A stretch of DNA of 37,938 nucleotides, from the IMG/VR virus record IMGVR_UViG_2778261139_000008. One strand, 5' to 3'. The stretch's first letter is position 1. Each line of letters begins with the position of its first letter. Origin of the DNA: a virus (lineage: Duplodnaviria > Heunggongvirae > Uroviricota > Caudoviricetes). Below, piece by piece: positions 17,968-27,541 of the stretch. The notes beneath the pieces were generated by a model, which worked only from the letters and a program-made list of their open reading frames with translations, was not told the DNA's origin and searched no databases. The position numbers were made by a program, and so were the translations under genes.

Positions 17968-18317
17968 GCGCGGGCCTTTTTCGCCTGTTTCGCTTTGTTA
18001 CCGGTCTTTTTCCGGGGAGTATCCTGTCCGGCTTCGGCTAAATCTGTACCGGCCACTGCATGAACCACACCCGCCACGCTCCCCGCATCATCAGCAGGCG
18101 TCTGTAGTATTCGCACAGTGAGGCATGGCTCCGCCTCCAGTCGGGCAAGCTGCTCCGGGGAGACCTCAACCTGCTGACGTCCACGCGTGAACAGGAACCC
18201 CGCACGACGAAACGCCGAACGACTGCAACGCACTTCTGCCAGCACTGTGACAGAATTGTCACCACTGACCTGAAGACCTGAATCATCTGTTGCTGCCACA
18301 GTGTGATGTTCATTCAT
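17964..18317 (-). CDS. Hypothetical head-associated protein with Lys-rich C-terminus (Mu gp35 position)
   Basis: 117-aa ORF between major head and gp36-like genes; basic C-terminal tail (KKTGNKAKQAKKARA). Confidence 0.5.
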   Translation of the reverse strand: MNEHHTVAATDDSGLQVSGDNSVTVLAEVRCSRSAFRRAGFLFTRGRQQVEVSPEQLARLEAEPCLTVRILQTPADDAGSVAGVVHAVAGTDLAEAGQDTPRKKTGNKAKQAKKARA

Positions 18318-18334
18318 ATTTGCCCTCCGCAGGG

Positions 18335-18353
18335 GCCGGGCCGTAAGCCCGGC
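18335..18353 (-). other. GC-rich hairpin (GCCGGGC-CGTAA-GCCCGGC) immediately downstream of the major head gene
   Basis: Perfect 7-bp stem seen directly; no T-tract, so more likely an mRNA stabilising/attenuating stem-loop than an efficient terminator. Confidence 0.3.
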
Positions 18354-18360
18354 TCACCGT

Positions 18361-19308
18361 TTACAGATAATCCGCGACAACCAGCTCCAGCTTGCCCTTC
18401 ATCTCGTTAGAGACGGTTGCGTTTCCGTCTGCGAACAGTTCACGCTCCAGCAGCTGCACCGCCTGTTTTTCCAGCGAGGTGGGGACAACAATATGGGTGG
18501 GTTTGATGCCGAGTTTGCGGCCACCGTCAGCGGTAAATTCGCGCATGGCTGACCAGCCGTGCCACAGTGCATCCAGCGTCAGCGGTGACTGCATCATGTA
18601 GGCCATCTGCCAGAAGCCGTAGCCCACATTGCGACGGGCGGATGCACCAAACACAAATTCGTTATCGGTGAATGCGCGACCTTCATCGACTTTGGTCTGG
18701 GCAACCAGTTCAGCCTTACGGCGATCCTGATAAATCAGCGGTTTGATTGCGCGTGAACAGTCGAGCAGATACCAGGCAGGACCGCTGTAATCCGCTTGTG
18801 CACCGACAGAGCCGGTTTTTGCCACAAACATATTGCTGACCATCTGCGCATCCCCGGAGCCATCCACTTTGGGGTAAACAGGATGTTCGGTATCAAAGAA
18901 GTTCTGGCCGTCATAGCAGGCCGCATTAATCCCGTCACGAAGAGCAGCAAAGACCAGTTCATCCGGTTGTGCCGCAGCAGCGCGCCCCATCTCCTGGAAC
19001 AACGGGGAATAAATACCGAGGTTATCGTCTTCGAAGTCATCGCGGTTAATGGCGACGGTGCCTTCAAAGGTTTTGTTCACGATGGCATAGCCATAGGCCT
19101 TCATCTTCTCGATGACGCGGGAGCCGATCCACTCACGGAACTGCGGGAACTGCCCCAGCCAGCCGTAGGTGTTGGATTTCGACGTGGACGGTACGGTCAT
19201 CGCAATTTTTTTGTACTGCGACGGGGCCATGGACATCCCGGCCTGAAAATCAGAACGGTAGCCCGTCATCAGGGCGGTGATCATCGCCGGTGTAATCGGG
19301 GTAGGCAT
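18361..19308 (-). CDS. Major head subunit (Mu T-like)
   Basis: 315-aa ORF following the protease/scaffold gene; ATG start; composition typical of Mu-family capsid protein. Confidence 0.9.
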   Translation of the reverse strand: MPTPITPAMITALMTGYRSDFQAGMSMAPSQYKKIAMTVPSTSKSNTYGWLGQFPQFREWIGSRVIEKMKAYGYAIVNKTFEGTVAINRDDFEDDNLGIYSPLFQEMGRAAAAQPDELVFAALRDGINAACYDGQNFFDTEHPVYPKVDGSGDAQMVSNMFVAKTGSVGAQADYSGPAWYLLDCSRAIKPLIYQDRRKAELVAQTKVDEGRAFTDNEFVFGASARRNVGYGFWQMAYMMQSPLTLDALWHGWSAMREFTADGGRKLGIKPTHIVVPTSLEKQAVQLLERELFADGNATVSNEMKGKLELVVADYL

Positions 19309-20432
19309 TATTGCATTTCCTCTTTCATTTTCAGGAACTCGGCTTCGGTTTTACCCAGCAGTTTGGCGGCCGCGATATCTTCAGCCGACAGCACAGCGGT
19401 GGCAGTCTTTTTATCCGGCACGGTCACGGTGTCGGTCTGAAGGCCGGTCAGGGCCGCAACCGGCTGGCGGGCGTCAAGCTGTGCAGAAAGTGCCGCAACG
19501 CCAATCTGCCCGCCCAGTTGTTCCAGATAGCCGCGTTCGCTTTTGAAGATGCGCCCTTCGGATTCAGCCTTGTCCAGCACCTGCTCCAGCGTGGTGCTGC
19601 CGTGCTGCGCCGACAGCGCAACGTATTCGGTACGCAGGGCGTTATACGTTTCAACGGGCACGTATTTCGTCAGATCAATACTGCCGCCAGCCGGTGTGCC
19701 TTTTGCGGTTTCCAGCTCTGCCGACAGACTGGCGACCTGTGTTTTCAGGTTGTCGTGTGCATCCGCACGGGTTTTGATCCCGGTGAGGGCAGACAGCGCC
19801 GCCGTGCCCAGCTCCGGCGTAAATTCGTCACCGTCAGCCACGGTCAGACCGAGCGCCGTCAGCAACTGGCGTAATTGCTCATTCATGGAGGTATCCTTTA
19901 AAGGAGGGTTTAAGGCGTTATAAAGGTCATCCGCCGACAGTGCGGCGACAGGATTCATGCCGGTCAGACCGGGGTCACCGGTAATAGCCAGCATCCGAAG
20001 TTCGACAGGTTCGCCGGTGCTCTCGTCATAGCCAATCACCGGTGAAAACCAGGGGAATTCGTTATTACGCAGATGTTCAAGGGCCGGAGGGTTCCACTTC
20101 GGGCGCACCTCGAAACCTCGCTCTTCACTGAAGCGAAAATTCTCCGGTGAGGCCATCACAAAACCGGCAGCCGGTGCCGGATGTCCCTCAATCAGGGTCT
20201 GGTGGTTGTAGTCAATTTTCACCGGCTGATTGAGCGCCACAACACGGGAGACCATGCGCTCAACGGCTGCATGGTTGATCAGCCAGCCCTCGGCCGGTTT
20301 TTCCGGGCGACCGTCACGGGCCTTTACCCGACCGGCTGGCATGATCTGACACCAGTCACCGTCCCCGTCTGCGGACAGGCTGATGGCATTCAGAATGGCA
20401 TAAGCAAGTTTGGGCGTGTTTTTCGTCTTCAT
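19308..20432 (-). CDS. Head maturation protease with C-terminal scaffold domain (Mu I/Z-like)
   Basis: 374 aa; N-terminal protease-like region and C-terminal Ala/Leu/Glu-rich coiled-coil-like half typical of Mu I (nested scaffold Z). Confidence 0.85.
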   Translation of the reverse strand: MKTKNTPKLAYAILNAISLSADGDGDWCQIMPAGRVKARDGRPEKPAEGWLINHAAVERMVSRVVALNQPVKIDYNHQTLIEGHPAPAAGFVMASPENFRFSEERGFEVRPKWNPPALEHLRNNEFPWFSPVIGYDESTGEPVELRMLAITGDPGLTGMNPVAALSADDLYNALNPPLKDTSMNEQLRQLLTALGLTVADGDEFTPELGTAALSALTGIKTRADAHDNLKTQVASLSAELETAKGTPAGGSIDLTKYVPVETYNALRTEYVALSAQHGSTTLEQVLDKAESEGRIFKSERGYLEQLGGQIGVAALSAQLDARQPVAALTGLQTDTVTVPDKKTATAVLSAEDIAAAKLLGKTEAEFLKMKEEMQ

Positions 20433-20608
20433 TCCGGCAGCATAGGCCGGGAATTTTCAGGGCGGGTTTTGCGGGATTTCAGGAAGTGCTTCCAGGGGAA
20501 AAATACAAAGGCGCTTCACGCAGATTTTAAAGCCCGTTAAATACAGGTTAGAAAATCACGACACGCGCCTGAAGGGGGTAAGGTAATGCATTTGCATACC
20601 TTAAACAA
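20433..20608. other. Central non-coding region between G and I; candidate strong gyrase site (SGS)
   Basis: 176-bp gap in an otherwise tightly packed late operon, at the same relative position (between G and I, genome centre) where Mu carries its strong gyrase-binding site. Confidence 0.35.
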
Positions 20609-21082
20609 TTAAGGCGTTTCTGTGGCCTTTTTAAAGCGTTTTCTGATTTCGTCCATGATCTCCTGCTCTGCCACCTGATCAAAGCCCATATACGGACGTG
20701 CACCAATGGCCGCCGGTCCCGGCGGCATACCTGGCAGGCCACCCCACTGATGAATGGCCGCATAAGGCTCATTTGATCCAATCAGCGCCCAGGTGTCGCC
20801 ATAATCCGTGGTCAGGCGTCGGGCCAGATCGCCGTTCAGCGTCAGGATTTTGCCGGGCATGTATCCCTTACGGGTACGCCACTTGCGGTAAGGATCTGAC
20901 CAGTCATGCCAGCGTTCGCCGTCCGGCTCTTTTTCCTGTTCAAACGCCATTTCTGACGATGACAGAAGGCTGGACGCCACACTGCGGGCCAGGTCTTTTC
21001 CGCCACCCACAAACTGAAGCCGGGCAAAGACCCGCTGGAGACGCGTAACGTCAACAACGACGGCGGCATCAATGGATGACAT
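20609..21082 (-). CDS. Virion morphogenesis protein (Mu G-like)
   Basis: 157-aa ORF after the F-like gene; ATG start. Confidence 0.75.
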   Translation of the reverse strand: MSSIDAAVVVDVTRLQRVFARLQFVGGGKDLARSVASSLLSSSEMAFEQEKEPDGERWHDWSDPYRKWRTRKGYMPGKILTLNGDLARRLTTDYGDTWALIGSNEPYAAIHQWGGLPGMPPGPAAIGARPYMGFDQVAEQEIMDEIRKRFKKATETP

Positions 21083-21203
21083 ATTGCCTCCGTATAAAAT
21101 ATGAATATAAAATAAGCAGGCGGTCAGTGTACGCTTAACTGGTAAAGTCGGTGCCTGCCTCCGGGTGGATCATGTATGCGGGTTCGACCCCCGCCACTGA
21201 CCG

Positions 21204-22535
21204 TTAATCAATATCTCCTTCCAGTACCTCAAGCATTCCGCCCCGGATATCCGATTTCAGCTTATCCATATTGATAACCCGGTAAGCATTAACAATCACA
21301 TCCAGTTTATCCGGCTGACGCTTCAGGCTGTACGGTGCATTAACGGCAATCTGCACACTGCCATCCTGATTTTCCACGATATACATCAGATTGTTGTGCC
21401 GTTTGTCCCACAGTACCGCTTTTGGCCTTGCCAGCATTGCCGGTAAGCGCCCGAAATCCTCCGGTGTCAGGGCGATACCGTCATTCTGATGTTTCATGCT
21501 GTCCGCATGGAGCACATTTTTACCGCTCATCGCCAGCAGGCGGGCCGGTGGCGTTCCCGTCCGGCTTTCCACCGCCTGCGCAATGCTTTCGGTCATAAAG
21601 CCCAGCGTGCGGATATCGTTACCGCCTCGCCGGGTTTTCATGATGTTTTTTGCCCAGATGCGGAACGCCAGCTGCCGCTCCGGGCTGTTGTTCATCTCCT
21701 GAACCACCATTTCCCGTAACGCCGGGCTTTTCACCTCGATCAACTTGCGGAGCAGCGCCTGGTCTGTGCCGAACGCCGCCGAACCGGGGTTATATGACCA
21801 GCCCACATCCGGTGTCATGGTTCTGGTGCCATCTGAATATGTGGTCACCGGCATTTCTCTGACTTCTCCGGTCTGCTTATCCACGCCAGCCTCAACATTG
21901 CGGGTGGAAAGATGATCCTGACCGGATGAAACGGATAACCCCATTGCATCCAGACGGGTCTGAGACAATGGCCGGACACGGCAGCGGCAGTTCCAGCCAT
22001 TGGGTGGGTAGTGTGTATTCCAGAACGGATCGTCATAGCGGAATACCAGACCGTTAAGGGCGGAATGCGCCGGGCGGGTGCGGCTGTCCATCACCGCCAC
22101 ATACTGCCAGAACGGATGCGTGTCCGTGTTGTTCATCATCTGCGTGTAACGCCCGGCATTGTAAGCCACGCGGGTGTTCACGTTGTAAATCAGCGCCAGA
22201 CGGCGGGGACAGCCCAGCTGCACTTCTTCTGCGTTACCGGCGCTGTCCACCACAATCTGCTTTCCCCACCATCCCAGCTTTTGCAGGCGGGGGGTCAGTG
22301 TGCGGATAAATGCTTTCTGTGAAATCCCCTCATCAATGGCCCGTTGCACTTCCGCCTGTAGTGTGGTCAGTACGTCCAGGCGTGCCACTTTTGCCGCCGT
22401 GAACGAACGGGCATGAACATCCGCGTCTGTTTCGAACCAGTTCCAGCTGATATGCGCCCCTTTGGCGCGGAAGTATGCCACCGCCTCTTTTGAGGGAAGC
22501 GTGGCGGCATAACCTAAATCAATCCCCTGTGCCAT
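21204..22535 (-). CDS. Head morphogenesis protein (Mu F-like)
   Basis: 443-aa ORF directly after the portal gene; ATG start overlapping the portal stop region. Confidence 0.85.
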   Translation of the reverse strand: MAQGIDLGYAATLPSKEAVAYFRAKGAHISWNWFETDADVHARSFTAAKVARLDVLTTLQAEVQRAIDEGISQKAFIRTLTPRLQKLGWWGKQIVVDSAGNAEEVQLGCPRRLALIYNVNTRVAYNAGRYTQMMNNTDTHPFWQYVAVMDSRTRPAHSALNGLVFRYDDPFWNTHYPPNGWNCRCRVRPLSQTRLDAMGLSVSSGQDHLSTRNVEAGVDKQTGEVREMPVTTYSDGTRTMTPDVGWSYNPGSAAFGTDQALLRKLIEVKSPALREMVVQEMNNSPERQLAFRIWAKNIMKTRRGGNDIRTLGFMTESIAQAVESRTGTPPARLLAMSGKNVLHADSMKHQNDGIALTPEDFGRLPAMLARPKAVLWDKRHNNLMYIVENQDGSVQIAVNAPYSLKRQPDKLDVIVNAYRVINMDKLKSDIRGGMLEVLEGDID

Positions 22536-24117
22536 CCAGCATCCCCTTCATTTCCGCAGCAAACATGGCATCACTGAGCAGCGTCATCAGGCGGGAATCA
22601 TCCATTTCACGGTAAAGGGCAGGCAGGTCTGCCAGTGCCTCCGCCAGCCCCCGCGTTCTGATGGCATCAATGACCGGCTCCAGTACCGGGTCGATGGCCT
22701 CCTGTAACCGGCGGGCAGGCACCGCATCCCCCATGTCGTCCAGTTCATCTCGGGGGCTGCTTTTCGCTTCCGGCAGTCTGGCAGCCAGCGCTGTCTGCTC
22801 TGTCTTCTCCTGTTTTTCCGGTGGCATCTCTTTGTCTGTCTGAGCAGGTTCATTGCCACTCTGACGGACACGGAAGATGGCTTCACCGGGGGCAGGCTGT
22901 GGAATACCGGTCTGCTCCCGTACCCAGGGATCAGGAATATCCATCCCCGTACTGAGCTGCATCACCGCACTGGTGATTTTGGTGATATCCCCCGGCTCTT
23001 TTGTCTGGAAACAGATACGCGGCAGGCGACGGATATCAATGGCGTGGGCGGTGTTCAGGGCATACAGCGGATACACCAGATCGCGGTTCAGCGTGGCGGC
23101 CAGCTGACGTAAATCAGAATCCCTGATTTCCCGGCGCACCTCGTTATGCACTTCACCCAGCGAACGTGCGCCCTTGTCTCCGGCTTCCGTGGTCAGCGTG
23201 CCGCCGAGGATAGCTTTGGAGATGGAACGCTCCCCCCACGAAATCATGGTTTCAAACGGATCGGCCTGACCGTTCGCTGCCGCCTGAAACTCCAGCGACA
23301 TCCCGGCCGGGATGATCCCGCCTGTACGTCGACCGATATCCATCACCGCCCGCATCAGGGCGCTTTTCTGCTCCGGTGTTGCCCCGGAGGGGTATTTACC
23401 GACCTTCATCGGCAGGCCGTACACCTCCAGAAATTCAGCCAGATCGCGCACGGAATAGTTTTTGAAAATGAACGGCCAGATAAGCGTTCTGACAAGCCCC
23501 GTCGCACCACCGTAGCCGGTGCGTGAACGTGACTGATGCACTATCCAGCCAAAGGGCTGAAACGCCACCCCGGCATGGCTGCCGTCACGCAGCCGCAGTT
23601 CGCTCAAATCATCCGGGTTAAGGCAGAAATGCCCGCTGTCACGCCAGCGGATGGCGCGGATGATGTGCATTTTACCGAGCATCCCGTGCTCAATCTCCAT
23701 GCAGGAATAGCCTTTCAGGATGGCATCGGTGGCATCAAACAGCATGGCATCAAACCAGTCGGCGGAATGCAGATATTCGTCGAGCATTTCCGCGTCCTTT
23801 TTCTCATTCGCGCTGGCGTTCGGGGGCGGCTCAATACTCCAGGGCACGCCCTGAATGGCAAGACGTCGCTTGCCCAGCTCTGCAAAAAGGTGGGTATCCT
23901 TTTCTTCAATGTCAGCGGCCAGATCGGACTGGGCAATCAGATCGCCACGTTCAGCCCCGCGAAGGCACTGTGCCGCCCGGTTCGGGGTGATACCCGAGGC
24001 CGGATGTTCAATATAACGGCTGGCAATCTGCGGAATATCCAGCGCGGCGCTCTGCATCTCCGGGTCAAAGGAGAAAGGTTTTCCGTCAAGATCAATTATA
24101 CGTCCCACTACCAGCAC
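22519..24117 (-). CDS. Portal protein (Mu H/gp29-like)
   Basis: 532-aa ORF after the large terminase; annotated start is GTG at 24117, next in-frame ATG at 24057. Confidence 0.88.
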   Translation of the reverse strand: MLVVGRIIDLDGKPFSFDPEMQSAALDIPQIASRYIEHPASGITPNRAAQCLRGAERGDLIAQSDLAADIEEKDTHLFAELGKRRLAIQGVPWSIEPPPNASANEKKDAEMLDEYLHSADWFDAMLFDATDAILKGYSCMEIEHGMLGKMHIIRAIRWRDSGHFCLNPDDLSELRLRDGSHAGVAFQPFGWIVHQSRSRTGYGGATGLVRTLIWPFIFKNYSVRDLAEFLEVYGLPMKVGKYPSGATPEQKSALMRAVMDIGRRTGGIIPAGMSLEFQAAANGQADPFETMISWGERSISKAILGGTLTTEAGDKGARSLGEVHNEVRREIRDSDLRQLAATLNRDLVYPLYALNTAHAIDIRRLPRICFQTKEPGDITKITSAVMQLSTGMDIPDPWVREQTGIPQPAPGEAIFRVRQSGNEPAQTDKEMPPEKQEKTEQTALAARLPEAKSSPRDELDDMGDAVPARRLQEAIDPVLEPVIDAIRTRGLAEALADLPALYREMDDSRLMTLLSDAMFAAEMKGMLDGTGD

Positions 24118-25772
24118 CCCCGATCAAATTCATGATATGCCTCATCGTCATCACGATAACCGCCCTCCATGGCCCGCGACCGCTCCGGCAGCGCCTGACA
24201 GGCTGATTCATCCAGGATGAAGCCCTCCATGTATGACGCCCGGTTTGCCATACAGAGCGCCACGGCAAAATCGCCATGGCGGCGGGCGTTCACAGCCGTT
24301 GCGTTCTGGTCCTTCGTACGCCCCTTGTCAATTTGCGGGATACCGTTCACCACCTTCACATGGCGCAAATCATCAAGCGTGGTCTGATGGCGGGCGACGA
24401 GGATATTCTGATCCTCAAACTCGGCCTTCAGTTTTGGCATCCACTCGCCGTACCACTTCGGCGATAACATCACGCAGTCGATGATGTCCGGGCCAAAGGC
24501 CAGCAGCGCGGCTTCGGCCAGATAGCCGCCGTTACCGGTGGCGTCGAACGCCGCACCGACCAGCGCCGGAACGCGGGTCAGGATGTACATCATCACCTGC
24601 TCCTGCTGGGCATACGGCAGGTTGCGCAGCTCCACGCGAAACACCTCGCGTTTTGCCAGGGATTCAGTGATTTCCAGCAGCACAAAGCAGGAGAGGTCAC
24701 CGGTGCGGGCAAAGTCTTCCCCGAAGCTGAAGCGGGAACGGGGATTTAACGCCTCTAAAAGCGGTTTTAAATGTTCTTCACACCAGGTTAAAACCTCCGA
24801 TTCACGCAGCCATGCGGCACGGCTGATGAAGTCGTCCGGGGCTTCAAACGTCAGAATCGGGATGTCGCGGAGCATCGCCATTTCAATAAGCGCGTGAGGA
24901 ATATAGGCACCGCCGGATTTTTTCGGGATACAGCCGTATTCCTCGTCGGCATCCTCACGGGTCGGGGCGTTTTTGTAGAGATCATCACGCCACTTCTGCT
25001 CGCTTTCCGGTGACCATTCGCGGCCGGTGACATAACAGATACGACGGTACAGCCCGTCCGCAATGGCATCATCCAGGGTAATGCGGTGGACGCTGTAATC
25101 CTTGCGCCCCTCGCGGGCTTCCTGAATGTACTGATTAAACAGATTATCGACGCCGTTATGCGTGGAGATAATACGCACGCGCGCGCCCCACATGGTGAGC
25201 GCCATTGCCGCCTTGAGAAGCTCATCCAGTGACTCGTGGAACGCGGCTTCATCAATCACCACATCCCCCTGAAGGCCGCGCAGGTTTGACGGACGGGAAG
25301 ACAGTGCCTGAATTTTGAATCCACTGTTCGGAAAGCGGATCATGTAGGTCAGAATTTCTTCTTTTTTATCCCGATCCCAGAAGGTCTGCTCATACACATC
25401 AGCATCTGCCAGCTGGTTAAAGGCACGGGAGAACAGTGCGCAGGCAGAAATATATTCCAGCGCCATCTCCTGCTTTGACCCCACATAAAACACATTGCGG
25501 CCACCACGCCGCTTAGGCTTTGCGGCGGTAATGACGTTACGCCCGGCTTCCGCCCAGGTAAGCCCGGTGCGGCGGGATTTTTCCGCGATGCAGACCTCGC
25601 TTTCATCCTCAAACCAGCGGGCCTGATAATCCAGAAATACCGGCATATCACCGGGCAAATCAAGGCTGTCCGGCACATCCACGCCCAGCAGGGCTTTTTC
25701 ACCGGCCAGATCAATTTTGCGGGTGGAGACGGTATTCGTCAGTAAGGGGGAGAGTTCTTCGGCGTTATTCAT
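24108..25772 (-). CDS. Terminase large subunit (Mu gp28-like)
   Basis: 554-aa ORF, ATG start overlapping the small terminase stop; followed by portal. Confidence 0.92.
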   Translation of the reverse strand: MNNAEELSPLLTNTVSTRKIDLAGEKALLGVDVPDSLDLPGDMPVFLDYQARWFEDESEVCIAEKSRRTGLTWAEAGRNVITAAKPKRRGGRNVFYVGSKQEMALEYISACALFSRAFNQLADADVYEQTFWDRDKKEEILTYMIRFPNSGFKIQALSSRPSNLRGLQGDVVIDEAAFHESLDELLKAAMALTMWGARVRIISTHNGVDNLFNQYIQEAREGRKDYSVHRITLDDAIADGLYRRICYVTGREWSPESEQKWRDDLYKNAPTREDADEEYGCIPKKSGGAYIPHALIEMAMLRDIPILTFEAPDDFISRAAWLRESEVLTWCEEHLKPLLEALNPRSRFSFGEDFARTGDLSCFVLLEITESLAKREVFRVELRNLPYAQQEQVMMYILTRVPALVGAAFDATGNGGYLAEAALLAFGPDIIDCVMLSPKWYGEWMPKLKAEFEDQNILVARHQTTLDDLRHVKVVNGIPQIDKGRTKDQNATAVNARRHGDFAVALCMANRASYMEGFILDESACQALPERSRAMEGGYRDDDEAYHEFDRGCW

Positions 25773-26353
25773 CAGGCTTTACCCAACAGAATCCCCTTAA
25801 TACGGGACTCAAGCTGTTCACTCATCCCGTCCACGCCGCGCAGCTCGTCGGTGACGGCGTTTGCCATCTCTTCAGCAAATGCAGCCCGGATTTCTTTTTC
25901 ACGCTTAATGCTGCGCTCGGCGGCACTTTCCGCACGCTGTGCTGACAGGAGGATGTCCTTAATAAGACGCATATCCACGTCGCTGTCACTGTTCAGGGAT
26001 TCGGTCGCGGCACGCAGACGGCGGTACATCAGGGCGCGGGACATCTCCAGAATCAGCGCTGTGGTTTCACCGGTTGGCTTGTCTCCCAGTTCGGCCATCA
26101 TGGCTTTTGTCTGCTCGCGTAAATCACGCAGGTTACGGGCAATCAGCTCATTACGGGAGGCTTCCCGGCTGATGGCCGCCGGTGAAAGCTGCTGCTCTTC
26201 CGGCAGGCCCGCCTCACGGATCAGACGGTTGATTTCCTCGCGTATCTGGACCTGCGTCAGACGTTTTTCACGCAGCATTTCCAGCAGTGGCTTACGGATG
26301 CTGTCGGGGAGCAAATCCACCTTGCGCACGCGTCCACGCGTCGGCTTGTCCAT
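25772..26353 (-). CDS. Terminase small subunit-like DNA-binding protein (Mu gp27-like)
   Basis: 193-aa ORF immediately upstream of the large terminase, N-terminal basic HTH-like region. Confidence 0.65.
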   Translation of the reverse strand: MDKPTRGRVRKVDLLPDSIRKPLLEMLREKRLTQVQIREEINRLIREAGLPEEQQLSPAAISREASRNELIARNLRDLREQTKAMMAELGDKPTGETTALILEMSRALMYRRLRAATESLNSDSDVDMRLIKDILLSAQRAESAAERSIKREKEIRAAFAEEMANAVTDELRGVDGMSEQLESRIKGILLGKA

Positions 26354-26355
26354 CG

Positions 26356-26646
26356 TTACCCCCTTGCGCGTGGTTTCTTCACACCCGGAACGCTGGCGCG
26401 ACCTTCCGCCACATCCTGACCCCGGCCGGTCAGTTCGGCGATGAAATAACCGTTAACGAGCGTGCGCTTACGCACCAGTCCCTGCTCGGCAAGCCAGGCA
26501 ATGTGGGTGTGAACGGTGTCGCGGGACACGCGGTGGCCGTAATCATCCAGACAGTCCTGGAGCACGGATTCACCCAGTTCACCGTTGTAATCTGCCAGCG
26601 ACCGCAGAATGACCAGACGCTGATCTTCAGTAATGAAATCACTCAT
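26356..26646 (-). CDS. Hypothetical winged-helix-like protein (Mu gp26 position)
   Basis: 96-aa ORF with ATG start upstream of the small terminase. Confidence 0.5.
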   Translation of the reverse strand: MSDFITEDQRLVILRSLADYNGELGESVLQDCLDDYGHRVSRDTVHTHIAWLAEQGLVRKRTLVNGYFIAELTGRGQDVAEGRASVPGVKKPRARG

Positions 26647-26951
26647 TGCGTTTTTTTCCTTACAGCCTGCTCCAGCAGCAGTTCGTTCTGATAGGAGACA
26701 GAGCGGAGCGTGGCGTTCGTGGTTTTCAGTTCACCCCGCAGGGTCACGATTTCCACATTCAGACGGTTGACCTCGGCTTCTGTCGGCAGTGACGACAGGC
26801 GGGTTTCCACCTTCTCAACGCGGTCGGAGAGTTTTTCAAAGGCCTCGCGGGGGACAAACGTTTTGCGCATCAGCGCCATGAATATCCCGCCAGCGGTTGC
26901 CGTCGCCGAAAGGATCGGCACAACATAATCTTTAACGATGCTGACCCACAT
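26643..26951 (-). CDS. Small membrane protein with coiled-coil tail (Mu gp25-like; possible releasin for the SAR endolysin)
   Basis: 102 aa, N-terminal TM helix (VVPILSATATAGGIFMALM) followed by a heptad-like region; in the lysis cassette. Confidence 0.5.
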   Translation of the reverse strand: MWVSIVKDYVVPILSATATAGGIFMALMRKTFVPREAFEKLSDRVEKVETRLSSLPTEAEVNRLNVEIVTLRGELKTTNATLRSVSYQNELLLEQAVRKKTQ

Positions 26952-27159
26952 GACGGGCCTCCATGATGTTCTGGCAGTTCACACAACGGATGGCATCCGG
27001 CACAGCAACAAGACGTGCGGCGGGGATCTCTCCGCCACAGTCCGCGCAGACACGTCTGCCCGGAGCATCCATTGCCCGGCGCTTACGTGTCAGCCGGTTA
27101 CAAAGGGCGCGTTCTGATCCCCGCTCCATCACAGCCTGAGCACGATCTGAATCATCCAT
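26932..27159 (-). CDS. TraR/DksA-family C4 zinc-finger protein
   Basis: CADCGGEI...CVNCQ motif; ATG at 27159 with strong AAGGAAAAAGG RBS; ORF-track start at 27225 is probably too long. Confidence 0.7.
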   Translation of the reverse strand: MDDSDRAQAVMERGSERALCNRLTRKRRAMDAPGRRVCADCGGEIPAARLVAVPDAIRCVNCQNIMEARHVGQHR

Positions 27160-27169
27160 ACCTTTTTCC

Positions 27170-27541
27170 TTACTTCGTCTTTCCTGCCGGAACAGCAGGC
27201 GTTCCGGCCATATCAGTAAATTCATGTTGTCGCCGCGCCTCCAGACGACGAATACTGGCCTTGTCCACGTTGCAGTTCTTGATCACCGCCAGCAGTTGCA
27301 GGTTGTAAGTGACCGATGCCCCAAACGTGAACGGCTCCGGCGCAGGAGGGACCAGGCAGTCAGCCAGCCATTCAGCGGGGATCGGCACCGGCTTCACAGG
27401 CACGTATTTCACAGACGGCCCGGCGCACCCGATCAGCCACATCATCAGGAACAGGGGCAGAGGCCGCAGGCACTGCCGCCAGCGACCGGCGGACAACGCT
27501 CTGCTGCCCCTCGCTGTGCTGAATGTTCTGTTGTTTTTCAT
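27170..27541 (-). CDS. Outer-membrane spanin lipoprotein (o-spanin, Rz1-like), overlapping the i-spanin gene in another frame
   Basis: Lipobox-like LIGC followed by a Pro-rich mature region; overlapped with the 3' part of the i-spanin gene. Start is uncertain because the signal peptide from ATG 27541 is unusually long. Confidence 0.5.
   Translation of the reverse strand: MKNNRTFSTARGSRALSAGRWRQCLRPLPLFLMMWLIGCAGPSVKYVPVKPVPIPAEWLADCLVPPAPEPFTFGASVTYNLQLLAVIKNCNVDKASIRRLEARRQHEFTDMAGTPAVPAGKTK

Noticed and set aside
18796-19874. Plus-strand ORFs of 214 and 187 aa
   Set aside because: Antisense to the major head and protease/scaffold genes; spurious.
21122-21202. Possible tRNA gene (acceptor-like stem plus T-arm-like hairpin)
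   Set aside because: No anticodon stem-loop can be folded and the D-arm needs a wobble pair and an extra base; treated as a tRNA-like structure, not a tRNA gene.
24851-25714. Minus-strand ORFs of 134 and 121 aa inside the large terminase gene
   Set aside because: Out-of-frame overlaps within a well-supported 554-aa gene.
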